The notes beneath the pieces are model-generated. The model was not told the origin of the DNA and made no database searches. It was given only the letters and a program-made list of their open reading frames with translations. Shown here piece by piece: positions 1-8,403 of a stretch of 33,545 nt of DNA. The stretch is from a virus (taxonomy: Duplodnaviria; Caudoviricetes). The stretch's first letter is position 1, and every line of letters starts with the position of its first letter. Both the position numbers and the translations under genes were made by a program. The stretch covers positions 1-33,545 of the IMG/VR virus record IMGVR_UViG_3300032327_000321. One strand, 5' to 3'.

Positions 1-101
1 ATTAGGTGTTTGTTGACCATTTGCAATTCTTTTTTTTAAATAAATATCTTGTTTAATTTCATCTTTAATAAACATTTTATAATCGCCTTGAAGTAAACAA
101 T
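1..101 (+). repeat. Terminal direct repeat, copy 1 (circular assembly overlap)
   Basis: ATTAGGTGTT...GTAAACAAT is identical to 33445-33545. Confidence 0.97.
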
Positions 102-795
102 GTGCTTTATCTCGATTAACGTAAATTTGTGGAACTCCAAACTTTTCTCTACTTTTAATTCCATGTTGTGTTTCTTGAACTCTACTAATACTTTCCTTTA
201 AACAAAAACATTTAACCCTTTCAACATAACCATCTGTTATAATATCCTTAAACATTATACCTCTATCTTTTGGCTGTGGTATATCAGTTACTAAATCAAA
301 CATTGTTGCCTTAGTTTTAATATTACTCCAATAGTACCTATCACGCAATTGAGCAGTAACTAAACTACTATTAATTCGTACTGGATAAACTCCCAATGCT
401 CTTGACATAATACCAACATCTAACTTTGATGCACTTCCTACATTTTCTTGTAAAAACAATACATTAGGGTTAATCGATTTGATGTGATTTAGTATATCAA
501 CAAACACAAAGAACAAACTTGATTTGCTTCCATTAATTCCTGCACGTTTACCAGCAGCAGATAAATCTTGGCAAGGCGAACCACTTAATATTAAATCAAT
601 ACTTTTCCAATCAATATCCCACTCACGCCATTTAGTTACATCTCCAACTTGAATAGTATCAGGGAAGTGATATTGTGTTAATTCTATTGCATAAGGTTTT
701 ATTTCGCTTGAATAATATTTATTTACTTTTATACCAATATTCTCTAAAGCTTGTCTGCCTGTATTCATTCCATTAAATAAACTTACTACATTCAT
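1..795 (-). CDS. C5 DNA cytosine methyltransferase, N-terminal part; continues across the junction to 33160 (359 aa in total)
   Basis: My translation from ATG 795 (ATGA overlap with the upstream stop) gives MNVVSLFNGMNTG (motif I variant), SEI (II), GDV (III), GSPCQDLS (IV, catalytic PC), LQENV (VI) and AQLRDRYYW (VIII). It is missing from the ORF track because it crosses the window edge. Confidence 0.93.
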   Translation of the reverse strand, partial: MNVVSLFNGMNTGRQALENIGIKVNKYYSSEIKPYAIELTQYHFPDTIQVGDVTKWREWDIDWKSIDLILSGSPCQDLSAAGKRAGINGSKSSLFFVFVDILNHIKSINPNVLFLQENVGSASKLDVGIMSRALGVYPVRINSSLVTAQLRDRYYWSNIKTKATMFDLVTDIPQPKDRGIMFKDIITDGYVERVKCFCLKESISRVQETQHGIKSREKFGVPQIYVNRDKAHCLLQGDYKMFIKDEIKQDIYLKKRIANGQQTPN

Positions 796-1250
796 AATTC
801 TATTATTTTATCATATAATTCAAAAAATTGTTCAGGTGTTGCAATAAATTCATAAATGCCACCTGCTGCTCGTTCTCGTTTCTGTTCTCTAAGTTGATAT
901 TCACTTGCTTTGTCTTTGCCTATTTTAACCTCAATTTTAACGCTTCTACCTTTAATCGTTGCAGTAATATCACTTGTCCCTTTTCTAGTTGTAGATGGGA
1001 TATAAGTGCCACCACCTGCAATCTTATGACCTTGTGAGTTCTTAGCTTCAATGTAACGACCTGCTGAACTTATCCGAGTTGCATTGCTACCAGTCCAATT
1101 TAAGAAGTTGCATATTAACTTAGTCAATCCATTAGCAGTTTTATACTTTGGCAAAGTTGGATTAGTATAATGCCCATCTCTAACAAAATTGGGAGCAGTC
1201 CTTTGAGTCTTGTTGTAATGTGCTTCATTATAACGTTTTTTCCATTCCAT
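792..1250 (-). CDS. VRR-NUC family PD-(D/E)xK nuclease, putative Holliday junction resolvase
   Basis: KGTSDI...KIEVKIGKDKASEYQ...AAGG matches the VRR-NUC pattern. Confidence 0.8.
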   Translation of the reverse strand: MEWKKRYNEAHYNKTQRTAPNFVRDGHYTNPTLPKYKTANGLTKLICNFLNWTGSNATRISSAGRYIEAKNSQGHKIAGGGTYIPSTTRKGTSDITATIKGRSVKIEVKIGKDKASEYQLREQKRERAAGGIYEFIATPEQFFELYDKIIEL

Positions 1251-1252
1251 AA

Positions 1253-1639
1253 CTAAATAAATTTAAAAGTAAATGATGAATGTTTGCGATGACCATTGGC
1301 ACATAGTGCAACTGTTGTCCTACTAACACCTAACATCTTAGCAGCTTCTGAACCACTATCATAAATTTCAACTCCGCCATAAGTATCGGTTACCTTTACT
1401 TTTTTACTAGATGACTGGCCCCTGGTTGTTTGTTGCGATAATTTACTTTGTATTTCTTCGGCAAAGTTTTCTGATTTGTAAACAAAGCACCAGCCTTTTG
1501 TTTGTTTGAATTTACCTTGGCATACTAGATAAATACTTTCAACTGCTGCTTTGCAATGCTCAGCTGCATGAGTTAAACTTTCAAATTCGTGGTAAGTGCT
1601 ACTAATCAACTTAAATCCTATTACTTCAACTTTTCGCAT
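1253..1639 (-). CDS. Tandem NUMOD1/IENR1 DNA-binding domain protein with no nuclease domain
   Basis: Two repeats: EFESLTHAA...ESIYLVCQGKFKQTKGWCF and IYDSGSEAAKMLGVSRTTVALCANG...FTF. Confidence 0.75.
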   Translation of the reverse strand: MRKVEVIGFKLISSTYHEFESLTHAAEHCKAAVESIYLVCQGKFKQTKGWCFVYKSENFAEEIQSKLSQQTTRGQSSSKKVKVTDTYGGVEIYDSGSEAAKMLGVSRTTVALCANGHRKHSSFTFKFI

Positions 1640-1907
1640 ATAATTCTTTTTTAAGGTTATTAACTTTTGTTAGTCCATATTCTATTACATCCTTTCGATA
1701 ATTAGGGTCATCAAAATCAATCTTATTATCTTCATATAAAACATCTTCTAATTCGTCAATTAGATATTGCTTTTCTTTTGCTTTAGCTTGTATAATTATT
1801 TTTATTAACACATTCATATCATCATGTTTATCTGATAAAAATAAAAATTTATGAGGTTCATCTGTTAATTTATCAATCAACCATTCTAATGGTGTTTCTT
1901 TTTTCAT
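1626..1907 (-). CDS. Hypothetical phage protein (N-terminal TPLEWLIDKL motif)
   Basis: Co-oriented ORF overlapping its neighbour. The N-terminus resembles TSVDWLIEQL in 2251-2604. Confidence 0.75.
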   Translation of the reverse strand: MKKETPLEWLIDKLTDEPHKFLFLSDKHDDMNVLIKIIIQAKAKEKQYLIDELEDVLYEDNKIDFDDPNYRKDVIEYGLTKVNNLKKELYAKS

Positions 1908-1909
1908 TT

Positions 1910-1999
1910 TTAAAATTTATTATGTAAATAATACCAAATCTTTTTTGCAAAATATTTAGTTGTTTCCCAAATAACTATTGATAATATTACTTTATTCAT
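1910..1999 (-). CDS. 29-aa small hydrophobic/basic peptide
   Basis: MNKVILSIVIWETTKYFAKKIWYYLHNKF*. ATGA overlap with the upstream stop; fills the gap between genes. Confidence 0.6.
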   Translation of the reverse strand: MNKVILSIVIWETTKYFAKKIWYYLHNKF

Positions 2000-2247
2000 A
2001 GCTTTTCTATTTCTTGTTTAACTTCAAATAAAAAATGATTATTTTTTATGTAAAATTGTAATGCCTTTTCTCCTAATTGATTTAGATATAATTCGCCATT
2101 TTGTACAATCATTTCATCAACTGCTATTAATGAACAACTCTTTGCTATAAGAGTACATAGTATTTCTTCTCCTACTTCTGTGTCTGTGTTTTGAAGTAAT
2201 ATTCGATATTTATCTACTAATTCGTCTGCTTTTTGTTTTGGTGTCAT
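1996..2247 (-). CDS. Hypothetical phage protein (MTPKQKADELVDKY type)
   Basis: ORF track; tight operon packing. Confidence 0.75.
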   Translation of the reverse strand: MTPKQKADELVDKYRILLQNTDTEVGEEILCTLIAKSCSLIAVDEMIVQNGELYLNQLGEKALQFYIKNNHFLFEVKQEIEKL

Positions 2248-2250
2248 TGT

Positions 2251-2604
2251 TTATTTATTAAAAGTTTGATTGTAATATTTCTTGCCATTAACATATTCTT
2301 CTTGTTTCTGTTTTAACATTGCAACTCCAAAACTGAAACCTTTGTCGTAAGCATTAATAATCTGTTGTTCAAACATTTTATTAGATTGTTCTTTAAACTC
2401 ATCAATATACTTTTGCTGTAACGATATTGCAGGACTTAGTTGTTCAATCAGCCAATCTACTGATGTTTGTTGTTTCATTTTCATACAATTTTTACAATAT
2501 AAAATATCTTTTAACCCTGTGCATATAACAACGCTACATTCTACACATAGCATTGCTCCATTGCCTCCGTTTAATTTATGTATCGGTTTTTTATTCATCA
2601 TCAT
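2251..2604 (-). CDS. Hypothetical protein: N-terminal CxxC..CxxC zinc-finger-like module plus a QTSVDWL module
   Basis: CVEC and CKNC motifs. An internal MKMKQQTSVDWL could be a second start. Confidence 0.7.
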   Translation of the reverse strand: MMMNKKPIHKLNGGNGAMLCVECSVVICTGLKDILYCKNCMKMKQQTSVDWLIEQLSPAISLQQKYIDEFKEQSNKMFEQQIINAYDKGFSFGVAMLKQKQEEYVNGKKYYNQTFNK

Positions 2605-2674
2605 TGTTGTATTTTATAGATAAAAAAATTGATATTATATTTAAGACTGTGAGGACGATTGCGAATATTAGCAT
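2591..2674 (-). CDS. 27-aa single-TM peptide
   Basis: MLIFAIVLTVLNIISIFLSIKYNNDDE*, preceded by an A-rich AAACAAA initiation region. Confidence 0.55.
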   Translation of the reverse strand: MLIFAIVLTVLNIISIFLSIKYNNDDE

Positions 2675-2680
2675 TTTGTT

Positions 2681-3184
2681 TTAATTAAATAATTCAATAA
2701 AATCTTTTGCTGGTGCAATTTTAATGTCATTAGCTAAATATGATGTTATAGTTTCTGCTGTATAAAATCTTATTTTGTCATATCTATAACCTCCATTACT
2801 TCTTCGCTCCCAATGTGATATACATAAACATTCATAATATTTATTATTATAATATGAAATTACAATCCATTCAGTTATATACTTTTTTTTATTAAAAGTC
2901 TTAGGATTTTCAGTTGTAAATTCCATACGAAAAGTTTTTCCTATCAAAGTAGTTTGACCACCAAATAAACTTAATTTAAATTTTACACCAAGTATCTCTG
3001 TAGTCTTACTATACCAGTATTCTCCAGCTACTAATTCTAGTTCATATTTTCTAAGATGATTTACATTATCAATAGACATATCATATAATAATTGTGTATA
3101 ATCATTACCGATTGAAATATTGAAAGCTGCATCAATATCAAAGTTTTCATTAGCCAACTTTAGGGCATTTAATTTTTTTACCAT
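2681..3184 (-). CDS. Hypothetical protein
   Basis: 167-aa ORF with an A-rich upstream region; no motif recognised. Confidence 0.75.
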   Translation of the reverse strand: MVKKLNALKLANENFDIDAAFNISIGNDYTQLLYDMSIDNVNHLRKYELELVAGEYWYSKTTEILGVKFKLSLFGGQTTLIGKTFRMEFTTENPKTFNKKKYITEWIVISYYNNKYYECLCISHWERRSNGGYRYDKIRFYTAETITSYLANDIKIAPAKDFIELFN

Positions 3185-3211
3185 TTGTTTTATTTTGTTT
3201 TGTTTAAAAAT

Positions 3212-3418
3212 TTATATTTTAGTTTTATCGCAATTTTCACCCTTATAAAAGTGTTTATTATTTCTATTCATTACAGTTCCATTAATGGGGTATAGTTGCT
3301 CCATTTCTTGTTCAGTTATGCCTCCGTTGATTTGCCATAAACCCACTCCTTTTGAAATTAAGAAAGGAGTTTCATTTCTGATTTGTTTGTGGTGTAAATA
3401 CTTAGTAATTGTTAGCAT
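3212..3418 (-). CDS. Hypothetical protein
   Basis: Start overlaps the stop of the helicase-MTase gene (TAATG). Confidence 0.7.
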   Translation of the reverse strand: MLTITKYLHHKQIRNETPFLISKGVGLWQINGGITEQEMEQLYPINGTVMNRNNKHFYKGENCDKTKI

Positions 3419-5574
3419 TAAAATAATTTTGTTTGTTTATTTAATTCTACAGCTGATGCAATGTTTTTCTTTGCTAAATCATAATAGCTTTCTTTTAATT
3501 CAAAACCTATTCCTTTTCTACCCATTTTTACAGATTGAAAAACCTCACTACCAATACCCATAAATGGAGTTAATACTGTATCTCCTTTATTTGAATAAAG
3601 ATGTATTAATCTTTCAATAGTATCAAGTTGTAATGGGCAAATATGCTTTTCATCGTTTGCATCCCTACCATTTCTATATCCTTGTAGTGTGTTACCATAA
3701 TTAATATCCATCCATACAGGCGAAGCGTATTTTTGCCATAAATCAACAGGCAAATCAGTATTGGTTACAGGGTTGCTTCTTTCTCCATCCTTTCTAAATA
3801 TCATTACATAATCAGGAATACCAACCCTTGACATTGTACTATCTTTTTTTACTTGTTTATGCAGCAATCCTAAAGCCTTTGTTCTTTGCATTTCAACAAC
3901 TGGATCCTTCCAAATTGTAATTCTGCTAGCATAATAAAAACCAGCATCCTCAAATGCTTTTAAAAGTAATCCACTAAAATCACGCAAACCAATATATCCG
4001 TGTTTACCTTTTTGTATTGGCAAATCCATACAATGCACAGCAACATTTCTGCCTTGCATCATTACTCTATAAAGTTCTTTTATTAAAAAACTAAATTGGG
4101 TTAAAAATTCGTTGTAGTCTTTACTATTACCCATATCTTCCAAATGACTTGAATAAGTATATAATTCTGCAAATGGCGGACTAAATACACTTAAACCTAT
4201 GCTTTCATTAGGTATATCTTTTATTAGGTTAATACAATCACCTCTTTTAATTATGTAATTTTCGTTCATTTCACTTTCAATATCATAATTAGCAGTAGTC
4301 ATTGTTTGATTATTTAAATTAGCATTTATCGCTTTACTCATTTCATCTTGCATAATCTCAAATTGTTTTTGTTTGGTATCAATGGCTTGTTTAACATTTG
4401 CCATTGTATCAGTTGTTATTAAATAAATGTTTACTTCGTTCTTTTGCCCAAATCTGTAACTCCTACGAATGGCTTGATACAAACCCTCAAAGCTAAAATC
4501 CAAAGACGCAAATATTTGGTTTCGGCAATTTTGATAATTCATTCCAAAACTTGCAATCTTTGTTTTGGTTATTAAAATTCTAAAATCATTATTTGCAAAA
4601 CCCAATAGCTTTTCTTTTTTCCATTCGTTGCTATCGCTACCTTTTACTTCAACAGCATCAGGAAGTAATTTTTTAAGCATTTCGCCTTCCTCATTTTGCT
4701 TTATCCAAATTATAAAATTTTCATCAAGTTTTGAATTTACAATTTTAACAACTTCATCAAGTCTTTCTTTTTTTGTTTGTCTTAATTCTGAATTAAAGTT
4801 TGTTGCTGAAATGATAGCATCATTAAATAATTGACCATTATCTCTATTAGGAGTTATTATTAACTTTTCAATTAAGTTTAATTTAGGCAAATTATATCCA
4901 TTCATTTCAAATCCAATATCCATTGGTTTATTTAACATTATTGCCCATGTTCCTATAAACTGATAAAATAATTTAGTTGCATGTCCTTTCAATCTCCATT
5001 TAGCAGTTTCTCCTCCATCGTGAACAAAATACATTGCTAGCATTTCATTTCTGCTCATTACATCTAAAAATTCACTATGATTACCTAATTCCATTGGGTC
5101 ATTAGGTGAAGGAGTAGCAGTGCAAGCAAGTTTGTAAGGTGTATTAGCAAAGTTATCTAATATTAGTTTTTTTGTAGCACCTTCAAAATTTTTCAAAATA
5201 CTACTTTCATCAAGAACAATTCCGCTATATTTTGAACAATCAATATTATCAAGTTGCTCATAATTATCAGCATCAATACAATCTATATTTATACCAAATT
5301 TAACTGCTTCTTGTTTTGTTTGTTGAACAACTGCTAATGGTGCTAAAATCAATACTGGCTTATTAGTATGCAGTGCAACTTGTTCTGCCCAACTTAACTG
5401 CATTAAAGTTTTCCCTAATCCACAATCGGCAAAAATTGCATACTTACCAGCTTTTAAAGCACGTTTAACAATAAACTCTTGAAATGGGAATAGATTTATG
5501 TTTAGATTTGTTGGTTCAAATCCACTTTCAATGTGTGCTTTTTGTTTTGTTTTTAAAAATTCATTATATTCCAT
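3418..5574 (-). CDS. SNF2-like SF2 helicase fused to a beta-class amino (N4-C/N6-A) DNA methyltransferase
   Basis: Walker A ADCGLGKT, Walker B LDES, motif III TATP and motif VI QAIRRSYRFGQ, then MTase motif IV FSPPF before motif I PFMGIGS. ATG 5574 is preferred to the TTG start at 5583. Confidence 0.88.
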   Translation of the reverse strand: MEYNEFLKTKQKAHIESGFEPTNLNINLFPFQEFIVKRALKAGKYAIFADCGLGKTLMQLSWAEQVALHTNKPVLILAPLAVVQQTKQEAVKFGINIDCIDADNYEQLDNIDCSKYSGIVLDESSILKNFEGATKKLILDNFANTPYKLACTATPSPNDPMELGNHSEFLDVMSRNEMLAMYFVHDGGETAKWRLKGHATKLFYQFIGTWAIMLNKPMDIGFEMNGYNLPKLNLIEKLIITPNRDNGQLFNDAIISATNFNSELRQTKKERLDEVVKIVNSKLDENFIIWIKQNEEGEMLKKLLPDAVEVKGSDSNEWKKEKLLGFANNDFRILITKTKIASFGMNYQNCRNQIFASLDFSFEGLYQAIRRSYRFGQKNEVNIYLITTDTMANVKQAIDTKQKQFEIMQDEMSKAINANLNNQTMTTANYDIESEMNENYIIKRGDCINLIKDIPNESIGLSVFSPPFAELYTYSSHLEDMGNSKDYNEFLTQFSFLIKELYRVMMQGRNVAVHCMDLPIQKGKHGYIGLRDFSGLLLKAFEDAGFYYASRITIWKDPVVEMQRTKALGLLHKQVKKDSTMSRVGIPDYVMIFRKDGERSNPVTNTDLPVDLWQKYASPVWMDINYGNTLQGYRNGRDANDEKHICPLQLDTIERLIHLYSNKGDTVLTPFMGIGSEVFQSVKMGRKGIGFELKESYYDLAKKNIASAVELNKQTKLF

Positions 5575-5881
5575 TGCTATCAATATTTATAGGGTTAATA
5601 ATTGATTTAACTAATCCACGTTCTTTAAAGCTATTAACTAGCTGTTGCACTTCAATAACTGCAACTGGTGAATAAACCATTGCATCTATTAACTCACCGA
5701 GTAGCTGGTAGCGTTCTTGCTGGATCATTTGACACCAAGTTGGGTAATCTTCAACATTACTATCATCAATGTTAAATTCTAATCCATCAATACCTTGATA
5801 CTTGTTTTCTTCTAATTTGATTAAAGGCTCATTATGCAGTAAGAAGTCTGCATTTACTTTTGACTTGTAATACTTTTTCAT
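5564..5881 (-). CDS. Hypothetical protein, first gene of the leftward early operon
   Basis: ATG 5881 (MKKYYK) lies downstream of the leftward promoter box. Confidence 0.75.
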   Translation of the reverse strand: MKKYYKSKVNADFLLHNEPLIKLEENKYQGIDGLEFNIDDSNVEDYPTWCQMIQQERYQLLGELIDAMVYSPVAVIEVQQLVNSFKERGLVKSIINPINIDSNGI

Positions 5882-5902
5882 GTTTAAAAAATTGTTGAAA
5901 TG

Positions 5903-5910
5903 CAAAACTA
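5903..5910 (-). promoter_or_regulatory. Bacteroidota sigma70 -7 box (TAGTTTTG), leftward early promoter
   Basis: Matches TAnnTTTG followed by CA, ~20 nt upstream of ATG 5881 in the divergent intergenic region. Confidence 0.65.
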
Positions 5911-5940
5911 TAAAATAAATTCAAATAAAAAAATTTATTT

Positions 5941-5967
5941 TTTTCTATGTAGAAAATATTAACTTTG
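5941..5967 (+). promoter_or_regulatory. Rightward early promoter (-7 box TAACTTTG) with adjacent palindrome TTTTCTA-TG-TAGAAAA
   Basis: TAnnTTTG at 5960-5967, 4 nt before ATG 5972. Inverted repeat at 5941-5956. Confidence 0.65.
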
Positions 5968-5971
5968 CAGT

Positions 5972-6358
5972 ATGAATTTTATAGAACAAATTATAGAAGC
6001 TGGCTTTGTTGAACAAGGACAAAAACAGTTATTAGAAATATTACCACATAAAGAAAAGTGGATATCGAAATGGTGGCAACAATATCCTTATGGTCAACAT
6101 TGGTTTGGATTAAGTAAAGATAATCCTGATGCATGGTTTCGAAAAGATGGTTTTGATGGTGTACTGCAAATTAGTTTACAAGGTTTCCAAATACCGAAAC
6201 CTACAAAAGAAGAGGATAAAATATTAATGCAAAATATGTCTTGTAGATATATATGTTTAATGATAGGCAAAGAAAAAATATACGAAAGCTTCTCAGGCAA
6301 ATTGCCACCTGATAATATAATGAATGAATTTATTAATGCAAGTAAACAAATAATATGA
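5972..6358 (+). CDS. Hypothetical Trp-rich protein, probably translated from a leaderless mRNA
   Basis: ORF track; ATG lies immediately after the -7 box. Confidence 0.75.
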   Translation: MNFIEQIIEAGFVEQGQKQLLEILPHKEKWISKWWQQYPYGQHWFGLSKDNPDAWFRKDGFDGVLQISLQGFQIPKPTKEEDKILMQNMSCRYICLMIGKEKIYESFSGKLPPDNIMNEFINASKQII

Positions 6359-6522
6359 AATTAATTACTGTTCGAGAATATGCCGAAAGTCAAGGTTTGA
6401 CACCTCAGGCAATTAACTGGAGAATAAATAAATTGAAACAATTAACAAATGTTAAACAGGTACATAAATTAAATAAAAGATGTACGATGTTAGAGATGCA
6501 GTGCAATCGGTTGCGTAAATAA
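6355..6522 (+). CDS. 55-aa HTH DNA-binding protein (Cro/Xis-like)
   Basis: MKLITVREYAESQGLTPQAINWRINK has a typical helix-turn-helix pattern. ATGA overlap; not in the ORF track. Confidence 0.7.
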   Translation: MKLITVREYAESQGLTPQAINWRINKLKQLTNVKQVHKLNKRCTMLEMQCNRLRK

Positions 6523-6532
6523 TAATTTTTGT

Positions 6533-6554
6533 TATGTAGAAAGTACCATCTTTG
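6533..6554 (+). promoter_or_regulatory. Second rightward promoter-like motif TATGTAGAAA-N4-CATCTTTG
   Basis: Same 10-mer and same spacing to TTTG as at 5946-5967; the -7 box has one mismatch. Confidence 0.5.
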
Positions 6555-6579
6555 TGTAACAAAATAAAAAACAAACAAC

Positions 6580-6657
6580 ATGAAAATTAAAACACTAATC
6601 TATTTATTAATCTTACTGGCAATCGCTGGTTACATTCAGAATGATATATGCAAGTAG
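6580..6657 (+). CDS. 25-aa membrane peptide
   Basis: MKIKTLIYLLILLAIAGYIQNDICK*, with an A-rich initiation region. Confidence 0.55.
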   Translation: MKIKTLIYLLILLAIAGYIQNDICK

Positions 6658-6842
6658 ATAAAAACCTTTATTCAAACGAGCCGACTGCTATGTCTATTCA
6701 GTTAGAGATAGAGCAAAGAAATTGGCAACCTAAAGCAGAACCAGCACCAGTTATTAAACGTGCTAAAACAACATTTAATCAAAATGTATGTAGCACTGTT
6801 TACGAAGTATATCAACACAATTTATTAAACCCAAATACATAA
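6648..6842 (+). CDS. Hypothetical protein
   Basis: ORF track; operon packing. Confidence 0.65.
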   Translation: MQVDKNLYSNEPTAMSIQLEIEQRNWQPKAEPAPVIKRAKTTFNQNVCSTVYEVYQHNLLNPNT

Positions 6843-6847
6843 ACAAA

Positions 6848-7411
6848 ATGGAAGCACTTGTAAAAATTCAAAACGAGTTAAAAGTCCCAAAGGGCAAATA
6901 CAACACATTCGGCAGATACAAATACAGAACTGCTGAGCAGATATTAGAAGCTGTAAAGCCTATATTATTGAAGCATAATGCTACTTTAAGAATAACAGAT
7001 AGTATTGAAGTAGTTGGTAGTAAATTATTTTTAAAAGCAACAGCTACAATATGGTATAATGAATGTAGAAATTATATCGAATCTAATGGCTTTGCTGAAA
7101 TGTCTGAGCATAAAGGAATGAGCAGCGAACAATCAACTGGAACTGCTTCAAGTTATGCTCGTAAGTATGCTTTGAATGGTTTATTTTTAATAGATGAATC
7201 AGAATCCGATGCAGATAGTATTGAAGGGGATAAGCAGCATATTGAAGCAGCAGCTATTGAACCAAAGAAGCAACCTATTAATGCAGTTAGATTTGATAAA
7301 GCTATTGCTGCTTTAAAATCCGGCAAAACAAATATTGAAACAATAGAAGCATTTGAACTTACACCAGCACAACAAGAACAATTACAATTATATAAAAATT
7401 CTAAAATTTAA
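6848..7411 (+). CDS. erf: ERF family single-strand annealing recombinase
   Basis: IQNELKVPKGKYNTFGRYKYRTAEQILEAVKP and QSTGTASSYARKYALNGLF are ERF hallmarks. Confidence 0.9.
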   Translation: MEALVKIQNELKVPKGKYNTFGRYKYRTAEQILEAVKPILLKHNATLRITDSIEVVGSKLFLKATATIWYNECRNYIESNGFAEMSEHKGMSSEQSTGTASSYARKYALNGLFLIDESESDADSIEGDKQHIEAAAIEPKKQPINAVRFDKAIAALKSGKTNIETIEAFELTPAQQEQLQLYKNSKI

Positions 7412-7416
7412 ACAAC

Positions 7417-7698
7417 ATGAAACTTTACAGCGAAAGAACAATTTTAAAAAAACTTGAATCATTAAGCATTACTAATCCTGCAATCTTTTTTGATGGCATG
7501 GAGCAAGAAAAAGAAGAAGAAAAAGTAAATGATCAATTTAACTTTATGATGCTTGAAACAGTTACTAAGCTAGTAGCAGCTAAAGTAGCTAACTATGGGC
7601 ATTGTGATGATGAAGAAGTTTTGGACTGCTTCAAATTATCTCGCAAAATAATAAACTTTATTAATAACAAAAATTTGCAAAATGATGAAAAAAATTAA
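7417..7698 (+). CDS. Hypothetical protein
   Basis: ORF track. Confidence 0.7.
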   Translation: MKLYSERTILKKLESLSITNPAIFFDGMEQEKEEEKVNDQFNFMMLETVTKLVAAKVANYGHCDDEEVLDCFKLSRKIINFINNKNLQNDEKN

Positions 7699-7855
7699 AT
7701 CGTTTTTTTATAAACGAAAGGTCACTAAATTAGCATCTGCATTATTGCCAATATTATTACTAGATGAAGTATATACAGAGAAAGAGTATGCAGTTGATGA
7801 TGCAATATTTTTTGCAAAACTACTTTTAAAAGAAATTAACAATGAACTTAAGTAA
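7682..7855 (+). CDS. 57-aa hypothetical protein
   Basis: MMKKIKSFFYKRKVTKLASALLPILLL...KLLLKEINNELK*; fills the gap and overlaps both neighbours. Confidence 0.6.
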   Translation: MMKKIKSFFYKRKVTKLASALLPILLLDEVYTEKEYAVDDAIFFAKLLLKEINNELK

Positions 7856-8192
7856 TATTTCAGATCAACTTACAGAACTAGAAAAGCAGAATGAAGCTAT
7901 TAGTTTTAGATTATATTTAATCGAAAACTATAATCAGCAAGTACTACAATGGAGAAATGAAGTATTTGAATGTTTGAAAGGATTAACAAAAACTCAGGCA
8001 CAACAATTAACTATGGCAGACTTTCAACCAAAACCGATAACTAAGTTCATTCCTGAACATTTAAGTAGTAATGATTTACTAACTATTTATAAATCAATGG
8101 AGCATATACTTCCGTCTGCCGGCAAGTATGAAGCAGAATTATTATTTATTATTTCAAATTTTAAAAATTATGAAAAAAAGAAAACAAAGTAA
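7842..8192 (+). CDS. Hypothetical protein
   Basis: ORF track; coiled-coil-like N-terminus. Confidence 0.7.
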   Translation: MNLSNISDQLTELEKQNEAISFRLYLIENYNQQVLQWRNEVFECLKGLTKTQAQQLTMADFQPKPITKFIPEHLSSNDLLTIYKSMEHILPSAGKYEAELLFIISNFKNYEKKKTK

Positions 8193-8403
8193 AGTAGTAG
8201 CAATTAATGGTTTTATATCGGTGATGTATAACGATGTTAAGCATAGAACTACACACTACAGAAACTACTCTGAACGTAAGAAAATAATTGATAATTTTAA
8301 AACCTTGAAACTTCCAGTTAATAAATGGTATTATGTCATAGAACCTAATACAGAAGATTTAAAACATTCATCATCCTGCCGAAAAATAAACGACTTAATA
8401 TGA
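8170..8403 (+). CDS. Hypothetical basic protein
   Basis: ATG 8170 (MKKRKQ) is preferred to 8128 because it overlaps the upstream gene less. Confidence 0.65.
   Translation: MKKRKQSKVVAINGFISVMYNDVKHRTTHYRNYSERKKIIDNFKTLKLPVNKWYYVIEPNTEDLKHSSSCRKINDLI

Noticed and set aside
3418-5574. Helicase-MTase as part of a restriction-modification or BREX/DISARM defence system
   Set aside because: There is no cognate nuclease or accessory defence gene, and the context is a phage early operon.
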